The notes: a model not told the origin generated them from the letters alone. A DNA stretch of 64,000 nucleotides from Bacteroidota bacterium (GCA_029571215.1 JAKPTE010000036.1:22302-86301), one strand, 5' to 3'; shown: positions 8,453-19,225, counted from the first letter of the stretch. A program made the numbers and translations.

Positions 8453-10405
8453 TTACCTCGTGATAACAAAAGGGAGTAGCCGTACACCCTCCCTGCTATT
8501 AACCCGCAACCAGTAACTTCCTGCACATAAGCCGTTGAGGTCCACTTTGAATTCATTCTTCAGCTCAAGGGGAGAGAAACCTCCGGTAGCAAAAATCTTT
8601 CCGCCAACATCTATAATCTGATACGAGTAAACCTTCTTGTCACCAGAATAAACCATCAGATAATCCCTGGCTGGATTGGGAAAAATAACCATTCTGTTCT
8701 CTTTGTCATTAAAAAGCAAGTTGCTTGTTACAATTCCCTCCTGACTGACAATGATTTTCTGAGGCATAGTACCTGTTCCTTCCATAAACAATGTATCAGT
8801 TCTCGAAACTCCAATATTAGTGTCGGCAGTAATTCTGATGGTTGCATTTTCGCTCCATGCATCGATATCCGCATGAAGCCATCCTGAATTTGACCTGACT
8901 TTCCAGCATGTATTCGAAGTCACAGAAACCATTTTCGCCCCCCCTGATTTCTGAAAAGAGAGTGTAGCCGGGGTTGCCTGAAGAAAAAAAGTATCCTGCC
9001 GGTCCCAGTAGGGACGGTACACTCGTATGGCTTTAACCGGCCACCGATTACCCTTTTTCACCAGCATTAAAACATGTTTTGTATTGGGAATACCCTGAAA
9101 GAACGTCACTGTATTTTCCATGCCATGGATTGGGTTGACAGCCGGGACAATCATATTCATTCCCATTGCATAGGTTTTCCAGTAAAAGGTATATCCAGGC
9201 TGAACAGTGTAACCGGTAACATCATGCGTTCGTTTGATATGCCAGTCGTCTCTGGAAATAATGACCCTCCCGGTTCCGGAAACAAAATCCTGCTGACCTG
9301 CCCCTTCTCCATCCTGCCCGGTAATAGAACCCGCAACAGAAAATGTAAAATTGTCCTGTGCCTGATTGATCGTTTTGATGGTACAGGACCATTCTTCATC
9401 ATGGTTCCATGGAAAAGAATGCTGCAAATAGTACCAGCATCCCATGGACCATGGGAAACTTCCTCCCTGCCTGTCATACGGCCGGGTATGATTGAAAACC
9501 CCCTGAAACCTTCCGGGCCGAAAACCGTCAACAAAAACAAGGAAGGAATCAGCCGGTGAAGCATCATCAAACAATATCCCGTCTACCTTATTCCCTTCAA
9601 AGGGTAAAAGCAGAGTGTCCGTGGAAAGGGAAAAATCAGTATCAGCCCGGAGCGTTTTCACCAGGCCCAGGGGATCAGCTTCTGTGTAAACCGGATTTAA
9701 CCGGAGGTTTGGTTCAATAATAGCTGCCATCAGGATATTCCCGTTATCATTCAAATGAACACCGTCGCGCAGAAACTGTGCAGCAGAATAACCATTGTCT
9801 TTCAGGTAATCTATCCAATGTTTGCGCACCTGAATGAGCTCACACTTATATATTTCGGCAAAACCGGGTTCAAAGACAAAGGACATTTTGTTTTCCCACA
9901 CACTGAAATTCAGATCAAGCTTATGGGCATCATAGTCTGCTATCTCAGAATCTTTTGTTATATGATCGGTTTGAATTGCTACCTCAGCTGTGGTCCGGCT
10001 CCGGATTGTCCTGATAATTGTTTCATAATCAATATGCGATCCGTACACATGAAATAAAACCAGATCGGGGTAAAAAGAAGTTACATCCATTTCCACGGTC
10101 TTCCAGAGCATCTGGGAGGCGAAGCCACCAATTGCCCGGTTGATCATAATCAGATTGGCATACGGATATCGTTTCTCCAGCTTTTGTTTTACAGAAAGCC
10201 ACCAATCCTGCTCACTGATGGATTGTCCGTAAACGAGAATTTTTACTGTATTCCTCATTTCCGCGGTGCTGCTTTCAAGCAGGTGCATGGTGCGGGTAAT
10301 ATATTTGCCTCCGCCGGCTGTATCGCGAATTACAGGCAGAGGTATCTGTGCATTTGAAATAAAGGAAATAAGCAGCATTGCTGCCAATGAAAAGAAATGT
10401 TTCAT
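8453..10405 (-). CDS. Secreted SGNH/GDSL-type esterase with a BACON-like domain and a T9SS C-terminal sorting domain
   Basis: Signal peptide MKHFFSLAAMLLISFISNAQ, with the ATG at 10405 chosen over the longer ORF start at 10444. SGNH blocks are VYGQSISE, NRAIGGFAS and DGVHLNDNGN. A BACON-like segment (ATLSFQKSGG...CWKVRSNSGWLHAD) lies at ~8745-8985. C-terminal sorting domain: IFPNPARDYLMV...GSYWLRV. Confidence 0.82.
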   Translation of the reverse strand: MKHFFSLAAMLLISFISNAQIPLPVIRDTAGGGKYITRTMHLLESSTAEMRNTVKILVYGQSISEQDWWLSVKQKLEKRYPYANLIMINRAIGGFASQMLWKTVEMDVTSFYPDLVLFHVYGSHIDYETIIRTIRSRTTAEVAIQTDHITKDSEIADYDAHKLDLNFSVWENKMSFVFEPGFAEIYKCELIQVRKHWIDYLKDNGYSAAQFLRDGVHLNDNGNILMAAIIEPNLRLNPVYTEADPLGLVKTLRADTDFSLSTDTLLLPFEGNKVDGILFDDASPADSFLVFVDGFRPGRFQGVFNHTRPYDRQGGSFPWSMGCWYYLQHSFPWNHDEEWSCTIKTINQAQDNFTFSVAGSITGQDGEGAGQQDFVSGTGRVIISRDDWHIKRTHDVTGYTVQPGYTFYWKTYAMGMNMIVPAVNPIHGMENTVTFFQGIPNTKHVLMLVKKGNRWPVKAIRVYRPYWDRQDTFFLQATPATLSFQKSGGAKMVSVTSNTCWKVRSNSGWLHADIDAWSENATIRITADTNIGVSRTDTLFMEGTGTMPQKIIVSQEGIVTSNLLFNDKENRMVIFPNPARDYLMVYSGDKKVYSYQIIDVGGKIFATGGFSPLELKNEFKVDLNGLCAGSYWLRVNSREGVRLLPFVITR

Positions 10406-10457
10406 AACAAATAGTTGGTTGGTTGTGTACCGTAAAGAAAACAAAAATTCCTGAACC

Positions 10458-11312
10458 TTATTCCGATGGCAATCCGGAGAAGGTTTTAATTATCTGATCG
10501 ACATAGGTTTTTGATACAGGTAGAGTTAGTTTTTCCGGGACATCCAGATCAAGAACCAATCCATCTCTTTCCTTTCGCATGATCTTAACCCGTTCAAAAT
10601 TCACCATATATGATCGATGACAGCGTATGATCCCCTTGTTTCGCAACACCGTTTCGATGTTCTTGATAGTGTTGCGAACAACATATTTCTGCCTCCGGCC
10701 ATGATCGAGATAATGTATAATGATATAATTATCGGCCGATTCTATATAAAGCAGGTCGGGCGATTTGACACTAAACCGCAGATCTCCTTTTTCATCATGA
10801 AACGGAATCAGTGCCGGCCCTGCATCTCTCGGATTCGCAGCTCCGGCCAGTTCTTCCAGCTTTTTGTTTTTGTCACGCCACGAAAAATACAACCAGGCAA
10901 GAGTATAGGGAATAAGCAGTACCAACAGGGTAGTGGACAGTGAAATACGGAAAACTGTCAGAAAATCGCGCGGATCATTTAGTACCAGTTTCATTAGGAT
11001 TGCATACACCAACGCCATACTGGTAATTTCAATGGCAATCCAGCTGGCATACTGCCCGTTGGTCAGGGCCTTAAGCCGCGAGACAAAAAACATGATGGCC
11101 CGGCTGATAGCTATGAACAAAACTCCTGAGAGTATCACCAGACTGCTGTATATCAGCAATTGGGTTTTTGTAACATTATACCATGTTTCCACTCCGAAGG
11201 GAGCGTACATATTAATAAAGACAAGCGCAAAGATCGCAGTAAAAATAACATGTTTGAACATGTTGCCCTTTTCGGTAAGGTATCCGGGCAGTGGTTTTTC
11301 CCAAAAAGTCAT
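10458..11312 (-). CDS. Membrane-anchored LytTR-family DNA-binding regulator
   Basis: The N-terminal ~140 aa contain about 4 hydrophobic helices. The C-terminal LytTR domain reads LYIESADNYIIIHYLD...IRCHRSYMVNFERV. Confidence 0.82.
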   Translation of the reverse strand: MTFWEKPLPGYLTEKGNMFKHVIFTAIFALVFINMYAPFGVETWYNVTKTQLLIYSSLVILSGVLFIAISRAIMFFVSRLKALTNGQYASWIAIEITSMALVYAILMKLVLNDPRDFLTVFRISLSTTLLVLLIPYTLAWLYFSWRDKNKKLEELAGAANPRDAGPALIPFHDEKGDLRFSVKSPDLLYIESADNYIIIHYLDHGRRQKYVVRNTIKNIETVLRNKGIIRCHRSYMVNFERVKIMRKERDGLVLDLDVPEKLTLPVSKTYVDQIIKTFSGLPSE

Positions 11313-11331
11313 TTGCTAAATTGATTTGTTT

Positions 11332-11339
11332 CAAAATTA
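11332..11339 (-). promoter_or_regulatory. Candidate Bacteroidota -7 promoter box (TAatTTTG) for the LytTR gene
   Basis: The plus strand reads caaaatta, which is TAATTTTG on the minus strand. It lies 19 nt upstream of the ATG at 11312. Confidence 0.4.
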
Positions 11340-11482
11340 CCATAAAATTTCCAGACCAATGTCTATTTGTCCATAAGAATAAAAATTCACCCCGCAAAAA
11401 TTTTTTTCACCCCTTCCTTAATGATTTCGTCCCGATAGCTTCGCAAAAATCCCTTTTTTCGGAATCATGAAGGATTTGAGAA

Positions 11483-11490
11483 TATTTTTG
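11483..11490 (+). promoter_or_regulatory. Candidate -7 promoter box (TAttTTTG) for the alpha/beta hydrolase gene
   Basis: tatttttg lies 18 nt upstream of the ATG at 11509. Because it sits inside the longer ORF that starts at 11467, it argues for the 11509 start. Confidence 0.35.
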
Positions 11491-11508
11491 CTTCAAATAT
11501 TTAGCAGT

Positions 11509-12675
11509 ATGATTTCTGACACACATGCCATCATAAAAAAATATTTCACAACAGGTTCAGATAATATATGTATTCCGGAGCTAAGCCTTCGTATTCATTT
11601 TGCACCGTTTAGTTCTGACACTATACCGTCTTGCGAAAACCGCAAAATGCTCGCATCCATGCGTGGATTTACGGTCGCAGAAGACAATACTATTCCAGAA
11701 AACAAGCAATTCGTATATCCGGTTTTTATGCCCTATGATCGTCTGATAAGCGACAGGGCTATTATTCTCCTGCATGGACTCAATGAACGGAAATGGGATA
11801 AGTATTTTACATGGGCACATTTTCTTGCAAAAGAAACCGGTAAAGCCGTCATTTTATTTCCCATTTCGTTTCATTTAAACAGAGGAAAGCAGGAATGGAT
11901 GGATCCTCATCAGATGAACCGGCTTGTGGAAGAGCGCAAATCAAAGTTTCCCAACATTGAAGCTTCGACCTTTATCAATCTGGCCCTCAGTGAACGTCTT
12001 ACCCAGTCTCCGGAACGGTTTTTTCTTGCAGGCCTCCAGACCATTTGCGACTTGTATGAACTGATAGACAACATTCGCTCTGGGAAACACCCCATGTTTG
12101 AGAAAAACACCAAAATCGACTTTTTTGCTTATTCAATCGGTGGCCTGATTGCACAGGTAATGATGATTGCTGATCAGGAGGGAATTATTTCCGAATCCCG
12201 CTTTTTCTTCTTTGCTGCCGGCTCGGCCTTTGGAGATATGAACGGCACATCGAGACTGATTATGGACAGCAAAGCAAATGAACGCACCGTTCATTACTAT
12301 ACAAAAGAACTGGAAACAGAGATGCGAAAAAAAGGCATTTTCCATGATTTCTTTGAAGGAACAGCCCTGGGAAGAGCTTTCCGGTCGATGATCTCACTCG
12401 ACCAGTTTGCTGCACTGAGAAACCAGGCATTTCGACGTTTTAACGACAAAATCAGAGGAATTGCACTCGAAGATGACAAAGTCATTCCGGCCGATAAAAT
12501 TATACAGGCATTTACCGATAATGGACAGATTCCGAAAGGAGCCATCGAAGTTGTGCATTTTCCTTTCGCCTACTCCCATGAATTACCATTCCCCCTGAAA
12601 AGTGAATTGGTAACAACGCAGGTGGAAGAAGCATTTCAGCATGTTTTCCGCTCAGCTGCTTCGTTTTTGGCATAA
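11509..12675 (+). CDS. Alpha/beta-fold hydrolase of unknown specificity
   Basis: Lipase/esterase-like layout: LLHGLNERKWDKY, then the nucleophile elbow FAYSIGG (GxSxG-like). The ORF is open from 11467 and the start is uncertain (11467 or 11509). Confidence 0.68.
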   Translation: MISDTHAIIKKYFTTGSDNICIPELSLRIHFAPFSSDTIPSCENRKMLASMRGFTVAEDNTIPENKQFVYPVFMPYDRLISDRAIILLHGLNERKWDKYFTWAHFLAKETGKAVILFPISFHLNRGKQEWMDPHQMNRLVEERKSKFPNIEASTFINLALSERLTQSPERFFLAGLQTICDLYELIDNIRSGKHPMFEKNTKIDFFAYSIGGLIAQVMMIADQEGIISESRFFFFAAGSAFGDMNGTSRLIMDSKANERTVHYYTKELETEMRKKGIFHDFFEGTALGRAFRSMISLDQFAALRNQAFRRFNDKIRGIALEDDKVIPADKIIQAFTDNGQIPKGAIEVVHFPFAYSHELPFPLKSELVTTQVEEAFQHVFRSAASFLA

Positions 12676-12679
12676 AAAA

Positions 12680-15313
12680 TCAGATACCGGTAATTTTTTT
12701 CAACTCGTTGAGTTTGTTCAGAGCCTCAATGGGAGTAATATTATTAAGATCCAGATTTTTAAGCTGGTCGCGTACCTGACGCAATACGGGATCATCGAGC
12801 TGAAAGAAACTTAGCTGAAGACCTTCTCTGTGGGTAGCTATCTGATCGACCGGGCGGGAGAGGTTCTGCCGTACGTCAGCCCCTTCGAGCTGCTTCAGAA
12901 TTTCATTAGCGCGGCTCACCACACTTTTGGGCATACCTGCCATTCGTGCCACATGGATTCCAAAGCTGTGTTCACTGCCTCCCGGAACAAGCTTCCGCAG
13001 AAAAAGTACTTTGTTCCCTACTTCCTTTACAGATACATTATAATTCCTGACCCTCGGATAAGTTTTAGCCATTTCGTTCAGTTCGTGGTAATGGGTAGCA
13101 AACAAGGTCTTGGCCCTGGCTTCAGGATGTTCGTGAATGTATTCCACCATAGCCCAGGCAATGGAAATTCCATCGTACGTACTGGTTCCCCTGCCGATTT
13201 CATCAAGCAGAATAAGACTCCGAGGGGATAGATTATTCAGGATGCTGGCCGTTTCAGTCATTTCAACCATAAAGGTCGATTCTCCCAGCGATAGATTGTC
13301 AGAGGCGCCAACGCGTGTAAAAATCTTATCTACAATTCCAATACGTGCCGATGCAGCTGGCACAAAACTTCCAACCTGCGCCAACAGCACAATCAGGGCA
13401 GTTTGCCGCAATAAAGCAGATTTTCCCGACATATTCGGGCCTGTGATGATGATAATCTGCTGCTGCTCAGGATCCAGAAACAAATCATTGGCTATATAAG
13501 GTTCGCCGGGAGGAAGCATTTTTTCGATAACAGGATGTCGTCCCTCTTTAATATCGATAACGAGAGATTCATCCATCTCAGGACATGTGTAACGGTTTTC
13601 CAGAGCAACCACAGCAAACGAAAGTAAACAGTCAAGCCGAGCGAGAAGCTGGGCATCGAGCTGTATAACCGGAATAAACTCATGAAGGCTCTCAACCAGG
13701 TCATTATAAAGCTTTGCTTCCAGTTCCAGAATTTTCTCTTCCGCACCCAGAATTTTGCTTTCATATTCCTTCAGTTCCTCTGTAATATATCGCTCGGCAC
13801 TCACCAGCGTCTGCTTCCTGATCCAGTCAGAAGGAACCTTGTCCTTATGCGTATTTCGTACTTCAATAAAATATCCAAAAACATTATTGTAACTAACTTT
13901 CAATGAAGGAATTCCTGTTCTGGCTGCTTCTCTCTGCTGAATCTGAAGCAGAAAATCGCGGCCCGAATGAAGAATATTTCTTAGTTCATCCAGTTCGGCA
14001 GAAACTCCCTTCGCAATAACACCTCCCTTTGTTACAAGAGCAGGGGCGTCGTCGGCAATATGTTGCTCGATTTTTCTGATTACTGCATGGCAGGGCTGCA
14101 GGTTTTCGCCCAGATTGACAAGAGGTTCAAGCCCTGTTTCCCTGCAAGCCTCTTTTATAGGATGAACTGCCTTGAGAGCCGTTTTCAGTTGCAGCAGTTC
14201 ACGGGGAGAAACTCGCATGGCCGATACTTTTGATACCAGGCGTTCCAGGTCACCAATTAACCTGAGATTTTCTGACAACAGGGAAACAAATTCCTGATGG
14301 TTCACCATAAAATCAACGATGGCATGTCGTTCCCTGATGGAGCTTATTTGCCGTAAAGGCAGCGAAAGCCACCTCTTCATGGTGCGGGAACCCATGGGGG
14401 TTATGGTCCGGTCAAGCACATCAATCAGCGATCTGGCTCCTTCATTCAGGGTCTGGAATACTTCCAGATTGCGGATAGTAAACTTATCAAGCCATACATA
14501 TTGATCCTGTTCTATGCGCGAAATCTTCGAAATGTGATCCAGGCGCGTATGCTGCGTAAGATCAAGATATTGAAGTATGGCCCCTGCTGCGACAATACCT
14601 GCATTCAGACCCTGCACACCAAAACCTTTCAGGGAAACGGTCTGAAAATGCTTCAGCAACCGGTCTTCAGCTGCTTCGTTCGTAAACATCCAGTCGTCGA
14701 GCTTGTAAGTATAATAGCGTGTTCCGAACTGATCAGCAAAATCTTTTAAATGGCTTCGCTCCACAAGCACTTCTTTTGGCTGGAAACTGCTCAGGAGTTT
14801 GTCCACATAATCGAAAGAACCTTCAGCCAGCATAAATTCACCGGTTGATATATCCAGAAAGGCAACACCTGTTATTTGCTTGTCGAAATGCACACAGGCC
14901 AGAAAATTATTTTCCCGGTGATTCAGCACATTATCATTCAGGGAAACACCCGGAGTAATCAATTCAGTAATGCCACGCTTCACTATTTTTTTAGCCAGCT
15001 TTGGATCTTCCAGTTGCTCGCAGATAGCCACCCTCTGTCCTGCCCTCACCAGTTTCGGAAGATACGTATCAAGTGCATGATAAGGGAAACCGGCCAGATC
15101 AACATAAGAAGCAGCACCATTAGCCCGTTTGGTGAGCGTGATACCCAGAATTTCCGATGCCTTGACTGCATCCGATCCGAACGTTTCATAAAAATCCCCG
15201 ACCCTGAACAACAAAATAGCGTCAGGGTATTTCGCCTTGATGCTCATGTACTGCTTCATGAGCGGCGTATCTGCAAGGTTTTCAGGGATTTTTGTCCAAT
15301 CAGCTGTACTCAT
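12680..15313 (-). CDS. mutS: DNA mismatch repair protein MutS
   Basis: N-terminal [30 protein letters not shown], Walker A GPNMSGKS, and the ...[12 protein letters not shown]... motif. The ATG at 15313 (MSTADW) is preferred over the ORF start at 15331. Confidence 0.97.
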   Translation of the reverse strand: MSTADWTKIPENLADTPLMKQYMSIKAKYPDAILLFRVGDFYETFGSDAVKASEILGITLTKRANGAASYVDLAGFPYHALDTYLPKLVRAGQRVAICEQLEDPKLAKKIVKRGITELITPGVSLNDNVLNHRENNFLACVHFDKQITGVAFLDISTGEFMLAEGSFDYVDKLLSSFQPKEVLVERSHLKDFADQFGTRYYTYKLDDWMFTNEAAEDRLLKHFQTVSLKGFGVQGLNAGIVAAGAILQYLDLTQHTRLDHISKISRIEQDQYVWLDKFTIRNLEVFQTLNEGARSLIDVLDRTITPMGSRTMKRWLSLPLRQISSIRERHAIVDFMVNHQEFVSLLSENLRLIGDLERLVSKVSAMRVSPRELLQLKTALKAVHPIKEACRETGLEPLVNLGENLQPCHAVIRKIEQHIADDAPALVTKGGVIAKGVSAELDELRNILHSGRDFLLQIQQREAARTGIPSLKVSYNNVFGYFIEVRNTHKDKVPSDWIRKQTLVSAERYITEELKEYESKILGAEEKILELEAKLYNDLVESLHEFIPVIQLDAQLLARLDCLLSFAVVALENRYTCPEMDESLVIDIKEGRHPVIEKMLPPGEPYIANDLFLDPEQQQIIIITGPNMSGKSALLRQTALIVLLAQVGSFVPAASARIGIVDKIFTRVGASDNLSLGESTFMVEMTETASILNNLSPRSLILLDEIGRGTSTYDGISIAWAMVEYIHEHPEARAKTLFATHYHELNEMAKTYPRVRNYNVSVKEVGNKVLFLRKLVPGGSEHSFGIHVARMAGMPKSVVSRANEILKQLEGADVRQNLSRPVDQIATHREGLQLSFFQLDDPVLRQVRDQLKNLDLNNITPIEALNKLNELKKITGI

Positions 15314-15332
15314 CCGAATCAGGAATATCAAA

Positions 15333-15340
15333 CAAAAATA
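15333..15340 (-). promoter_or_regulatory. Candidate -7 promoter box (TAttTTTG) for mutS
   Basis: The plus strand reads caaaaata, 19 nt upstream of the ATG at 15313. Confidence 0.4.
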
Positions 15341-15793
15341 TAAAATTGCCGGTGATTGCCCCTCGATTTTTCAAAACCATTGCACGATTCAGGTTATATT
15401 GTTTCTTCCTCGTTAACATGTTTGCACTTTAATAACAAAGTATGTTTCGTTGAAAAAGGAATAGTCCTTCCCATTCTGTCCGCTTTTAAAACACCCATGT
15501 ACGCAAATGAACAAATTCTGTCTTGAGAATTTAACTTATTATATTGATATTCTGTTTTTTACATATAATGGCATATATTCTGTATACTGCTAATCAGACA
15601 ATCCAATTATGTTAATCTGGTTCCCACCGGTACTTGTCTTCGGTTTTGTTTATGAAAGAAGCATTTTACAGCCTCTTCCGATAATTTTTTCCATATCCAT
15701 AGGGAAAATCTGTTTATTAAATGTCTCATTATCAAACGGGACGTCCTCAGGTACACTTTCTTATTTTTTACTTAATCATCAGGAGGTAATATT

Positions 15794-16255
15794 ATGAAAA
15801 CACTCGCGTCACTTGTTCTGGCATTGCTGATCAGCATTCCGGTCAGCGCGAATCTGAACCTGCCGGGGGATTATATTCTTACCCGGGATGGCAACATGTA
15901 CTTTGCCACTTTTAATTTTGGGATGAAAAATTTGCGTGCAAGGCATACCGATGGAAGATTGTTCAAGGTCAGGTATGCCGATGTGGTATCCTATAGGAAG
16001 GACAATACGGTATATGAAAAGAAAGCCCTTTATGAGGGAAAAATACCAACAGGGAATTCGGTGTTTATGGAACTCATCGGTCAGAAAAACGATCTGAAGT
16101 TATACCGTTACAGGGAATACGGCACGTATTTTGACTGCCTTACTTATTCTTTCTGCAAAGGGAATACCCGCTATTTTGTTTACCGTGGCGATGATTATAT
16201 CGTGGAACTTACACCACGCAATGTTCAGACCATATTGCGGTTTTTCGAACTGTAA
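15794..16255 (+). CDS. Hypothetical small secreted protein
   Basis: 153-aa ORF with signal peptide MKTLASLVLALLISIPVSA. It is preceded by a canonical AGGAGG 8 nt upstream and followed by a strong terminator. I recognise no family. Confidence 0.6.
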   Translation: MKTLASLVLALLISIPVSANLNLPGDYILTRDGNMYFATFNFGMKNLRARHTDGRLFKVRYADVVSYRKDNTVYEKKALYEGKIPTGNSVFMELIGQKNDLKLYRYREYGTYFDCLTYSFCKGNTRYFVYRGDDYIVELTPRNVQTILRFFEL

Positions 16256-16276
16256 AAAAGATGCCATGTCATCGGG

Positions 16277-16309
16277 CCGGTTGTTCGATTACGAATGACC
16301 GGTTTTTTT
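16277..16309 (+). terminator. Rho-independent terminator
   Basis: 11-bp stem ccggttgttcg/cgaatgaccgg (two G-U pairs) with loop atta, followed by a T7 run (16303-16309). Confidence 0.7.
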
Positions 16310-16398
16310 ATTGAATCTGCCAGGGTGTTATGCAACACGGCTGATTTTTGCATGAATCTGCAAAATGATAGTACCTTCGTCATAAAGTGGTAAAAGGT

Positions 16399-17748
16399 AT
16401 GCATAAAATACTTGTTCTTGGAGCGGGACTCTCTTCGGGAGCACTGGTCAGTTATCTTCTCGACCATGCAGGAAAAGGAAAATGGAAGGTCAGACTTGCG
16501 GATATTTCAGAAGAAATGGCCGGGCAGAAAATCATGGGGCATCCGGCCGGGGAAACGGTGAAGCTGGATGCAGGAGACGAGGATCATCTCGCCTATGAAG
16601 TTCATAATGCCGACCTGGTTATCTCAATGCTTCCGGCCAGGATGCATCCCCGCGTGGCCCGACAATGTGTGCGTTACGGCAGGCACCTGATTACTGCCTC
16701 TTATGTCTCGCCCGAACTCAGGGAACTTGACGAAGAAGCCCGGAAAAAGAATGTTCTTTTGCTCAATGAGGTGGGAGTAGATCCCGGTATTGACCACATG
16801 TCGGCCATGTACCTTCTGGAGCGCTTACGGAAGCAGGGAGCGGAAATAACTGCTTTTGAATCCAATACCGGCGGACTGGTGGCACCCAAGCATGACAACA
16901 ACCCTTGGAATTACAAGTTTACATGGAACCCCCGCAATGTAGTGCTTGCCGGCCAGGGTGGAGCCCAGTTTCTCCATAATGGCATGTACAAATACATTCC
17001 TTACCACAAAATATTCAGAAGGTACGAGCGCATATACGTGCTTGATCTTGGAGAATTTGAAGCTTATCCGAACAGAGACTCCCTGAAATATCAGAATGCC
17101 TATGGCCTGCAGAATGTTGAAACCATGTTCCGTGGAACCATCCGCAGACCAGGGTTCTGCAAGGCATGGGACATACTGGTTCAGACCGGAATGACGGATG
17201 ACTCTTACATAATGCATCAATCTGACAAACTTACCTACAGAGAGTATACCAACAGTTTTCTCGCATGGAGTCCTACCATGAATGTGGAAGATAAACTCGC
17301 TGAATACACGGGGATTGACAAGGACTCTGAGACCATGTACAAAATTCGCTGGCTTGGTCTGTTCAGCAATGAACGTGTCGGACTCCGGGATGCGACACCC
17401 GCACAAATCCTTCAAAATCTCCTTGAAAAACGGTGGAAACTGGACCCCGACGACAAGGATATGATTGTTATGCAGCACCAGATCGAATATAAAACCGAAG
17501 GTAAAAAAAAGAAAATTCTCTCCTCCCTTGTTTACACAGGGAAAGATGCAAAAAACACGGCCATGTCGGTTACGGTAGGGTTACCGGTAGCAATAGCAGC
17601 CCGGTTGATAATGGAAGGGAAGATTTCTCTGCGCGGCGTCCAGATCCCTATTCATCCTGAAATCTATATACCGGTGCTACAGGAACTTTCTGAACACGGA
17701 ATCCATTTTATTGAAGAAGAAGGAATTCCGCCGGAACAATCATATTGA
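16399..17748 (+). CDS. Saccharopine dehydrogenase family protein
   Basis: Rossmann N-terminus MHKILVLGAGLSSGALVSYLL, and a length and layout typical of the LYS9-like family (VGVDPGIDHM). The ORF opens at GTG 16387; the ATG at 16399 is preferred. Confidence 0.82.
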   Translation: MHKILVLGAGLSSGALVSYLLDHAGKGKWKVRLADISEEMAGQKIMGHPAGETVKLDAGDEDHLAYEVHNADLVISMLPARMHPRVARQCVRYGRHLITASYVSPELRELDEEARKKNVLLLNEVGVDPGIDHMSAMYLLERLRKQGAEITAFESNTGGLVAPKHDNNPWNYKFTWNPRNVVLAGQGGAQFLHNGMYKYIPYHKIFRRYERIYVLDLGEFEAYPNRDSLKYQNAYGLQNVETMFRGTIRRPGFCKAWDILVQTGMTDDSYIMHQSDKLTYREYTNSFLAWSPTMNVEDKLAEYTGIDKDSETMYKIRWLGLFSNERVGLRDATPAQILQNLLEKRWKLDPDDKDMIVMQHQIEYKTEGKKKKILSSLVYTGKDAKNTAMSVTVGLPVAIAARLIMEGKISLRGVQIPIHPEIYIPVLQELSEHGIHFIEEEGIPPEQSY

Positions 17749-17759
17749 GCGGAACCTCC

Positions 17760-18554
17760 TCAGAATTCTTCGAAAATTCCAAGCCCGAACAACGCAAAGT
17801 CGTATTTCACGGGATCGTCAGGATCAAGCCTTTTTAAAACTCCTGTTAGTTCTTCGACTGCCTTCCAATCGTTTTGTTTCCTGCCAAGCAATCCGAGTTT
17901 TCTGGCCACATTGCCTGAATGCACATCAAGCGGAATATACAGGGAAGAAGCCGGAATATCATTCCATAATCCAAAATCCACTCCACCATTGTCCTTTCTC
18001 ACCATCCAGCGAAGGAACAGATTGAGGCGCTTACCTGATGCATTAGCCTCCACTTTTGCCAGATGTTTTGCTGCGTGGGATTGCCAGTCCGCTTTAAGGA
18101 TTTCCCTTCGGAAAGCAATAAGAACATCTCTCATATCACCTGTTTCCCTGTATCTCCGTGAGAAGAAATTTCCCAGACTTCCGTATTCTTTATACATTCT
18201 TTGCAGTGAACGGAGAAAAAGAATACAATCGTCACCATTAAAAGTTCTGTGAACAAAATCTTCAAATCGTCGTAGTTCTCCTTTCCGGGCTTCCAATATA
18301 AAAAGCCATGGCTGGTTGTCCATGCGTTGCATCAATTCCCGGGCCTTTTTTACAGCCACGCTGCGCTGGCCCCATGCCAGAATAGCAGCAAAAAAAGCTG
18401 CTATTTCAATATCCTGTTGTTTATCAAACCGGTGCGGGACAGAAACAGGGTCTCCTTCAAGAAAAGAAGGAGCATTGTATTGATACACTTTAAAATCAAG
18501 AAATTCTTTTAATTCCGGCTCAGGAATCGATCGGTGCATTCGATAGCGCTTCAA
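17760..18554 (-). CDS. TIGR02757/DUF2400 family protein
   Basis: Resembles the DUF2400 pattern (DPVSVPHRF...DIEIAAFFAAILAWGQR...YIPLDVH). The start is 2 nt after the stop of the upstream ATPase gene. Confidence 0.72.
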   Translation of the reverse strand: MKRYRMHRSIPEPELKEFLDFKVYQYNAPSFLEGDPVSVPHRFDKQQDIEIAAFFAAILAWGQRSVAVKKARELMQRMDNQPWLFILEARKGELRRFEDFVHRTFNGDDCILFLRSLQRMYKEYGSLGNFFSRRYRETGDMRDVLIAFRREILKADWQSHAAKHLAKVEANASGKRLNLFLRWMVRKDNGGVDFGLWNDIPASSLYIPLDVHSGNVARKLGLLGRKQNDWKAVEELTGVLKRLDPDDPVKYDFALFGLGIFEEF

Positions 18555-18556
18555 GA

Positions 18557-19222
18557 TTACTGCTCAATACGTCCGTCAGCAATTTTCAGCCGCCTATGCG
18601 CCATAGCAGCAAGTTCCTGGTCGTGTGTGGCAATTACCAGTGTTTGTCCGAAACGCTCAGGAAGCGTGAGAAAAAGTTCGTGCAATTCTTTTTTGTTTTT
18701 GCTGTCAAGGTTTCCTGAAGGCTCATCGGCCAGGATAACAGAAGGATTGTTGATGAGGGCTCTGGCGATAGCAACCCTCTGCTGCTCTCCTCCCGACAAT
18801 TCAGAAGGCTTGTGGTTGAGCCGGTGTTCCAGACCAAAGAATGACAATATCTCAGTAGCCTTCCTGATAGCCTCTCGCTTATGCGTACCGGCAATAAAGG
18901 CCGGAATGCACACATTTTCAAGGGCTGTAAATTCAGGAAGGAGATGGTGGAATTGAAAGACGAAGCCAATGGTCCGGTTTCTGAATCTTGCCAGATCCCG
19001 GTCACGTAGCCTGCCCACTTCCGTTCCGTCGATAACAATCTCCCCTGTATCGGGTTTGTTCAATGTTCCGAGTATTTGCAACAGAGTTGTTTTTCCAGCT
19101 CCGCTGGCACCAACAATGGAAACAATTTCCAATTTTTTAACTTCCAGATCAATGCCTTTCAGTACGTTTACCGTTCCAAACGATTTGGTAATATTGCGGG
19201 CAAGGATCATACTCTCCTGCAT
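18557..19222 (-). CDS. ABC transporter ATP-binding protein, LolD/MacB-ATPase-like
   Basis: Walker [12 protein letters not shown], signature [15 protein letters not shown], and Walker [12 protein letters not shown]. Confidence 0.88.
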   Translation of the reverse strand: MQESMILARNITKSFGTVNVLKGIDLEVKKLEIVSIVGASGAGKTTLLQILGTLNKPDTGEIVIDGTEVGRLRDRDLARFRNRTIGFVFQFHHLLPEFTALENVCIPAFIAGTHKREAIRKATEILSFFGLEHRLNHKPSELSGGEQQRVAIARALINNPSVILADEPSGNLDSKNKKELHELFLTLPERFGQTLVIATHDQELAAMAHRRLKIADGRIEQ

Positions 19223-19225
19223 CGG

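Noticed and set aside
12673-12682. Convergent stop codons of the hydrolase gene and mutS only 4 nt apart, with no hairpin terminator.
   Set aside because: This is real in the sequence but common in compact genomes. Nothing further can be inferred without transcript data.
15609-15797. A 62-aa ORF whose TGA overlaps the ATG of the 15794 gene (ATGA).
   Set aside because: The ATGA overlap and one hydrophobic stretch are suggestive. However, the ORF contains the Shine-Dalgarno site of the next gene, has odd composition and has no recognisable family. Support is insufficient to call it.
16825-17478. A 217-aa antisense ORF inside the saccharopine dehydrogenase gene.
   Set aside because: It is a shadow ORF of a confidently assigned gene, with no recognisable motifs.
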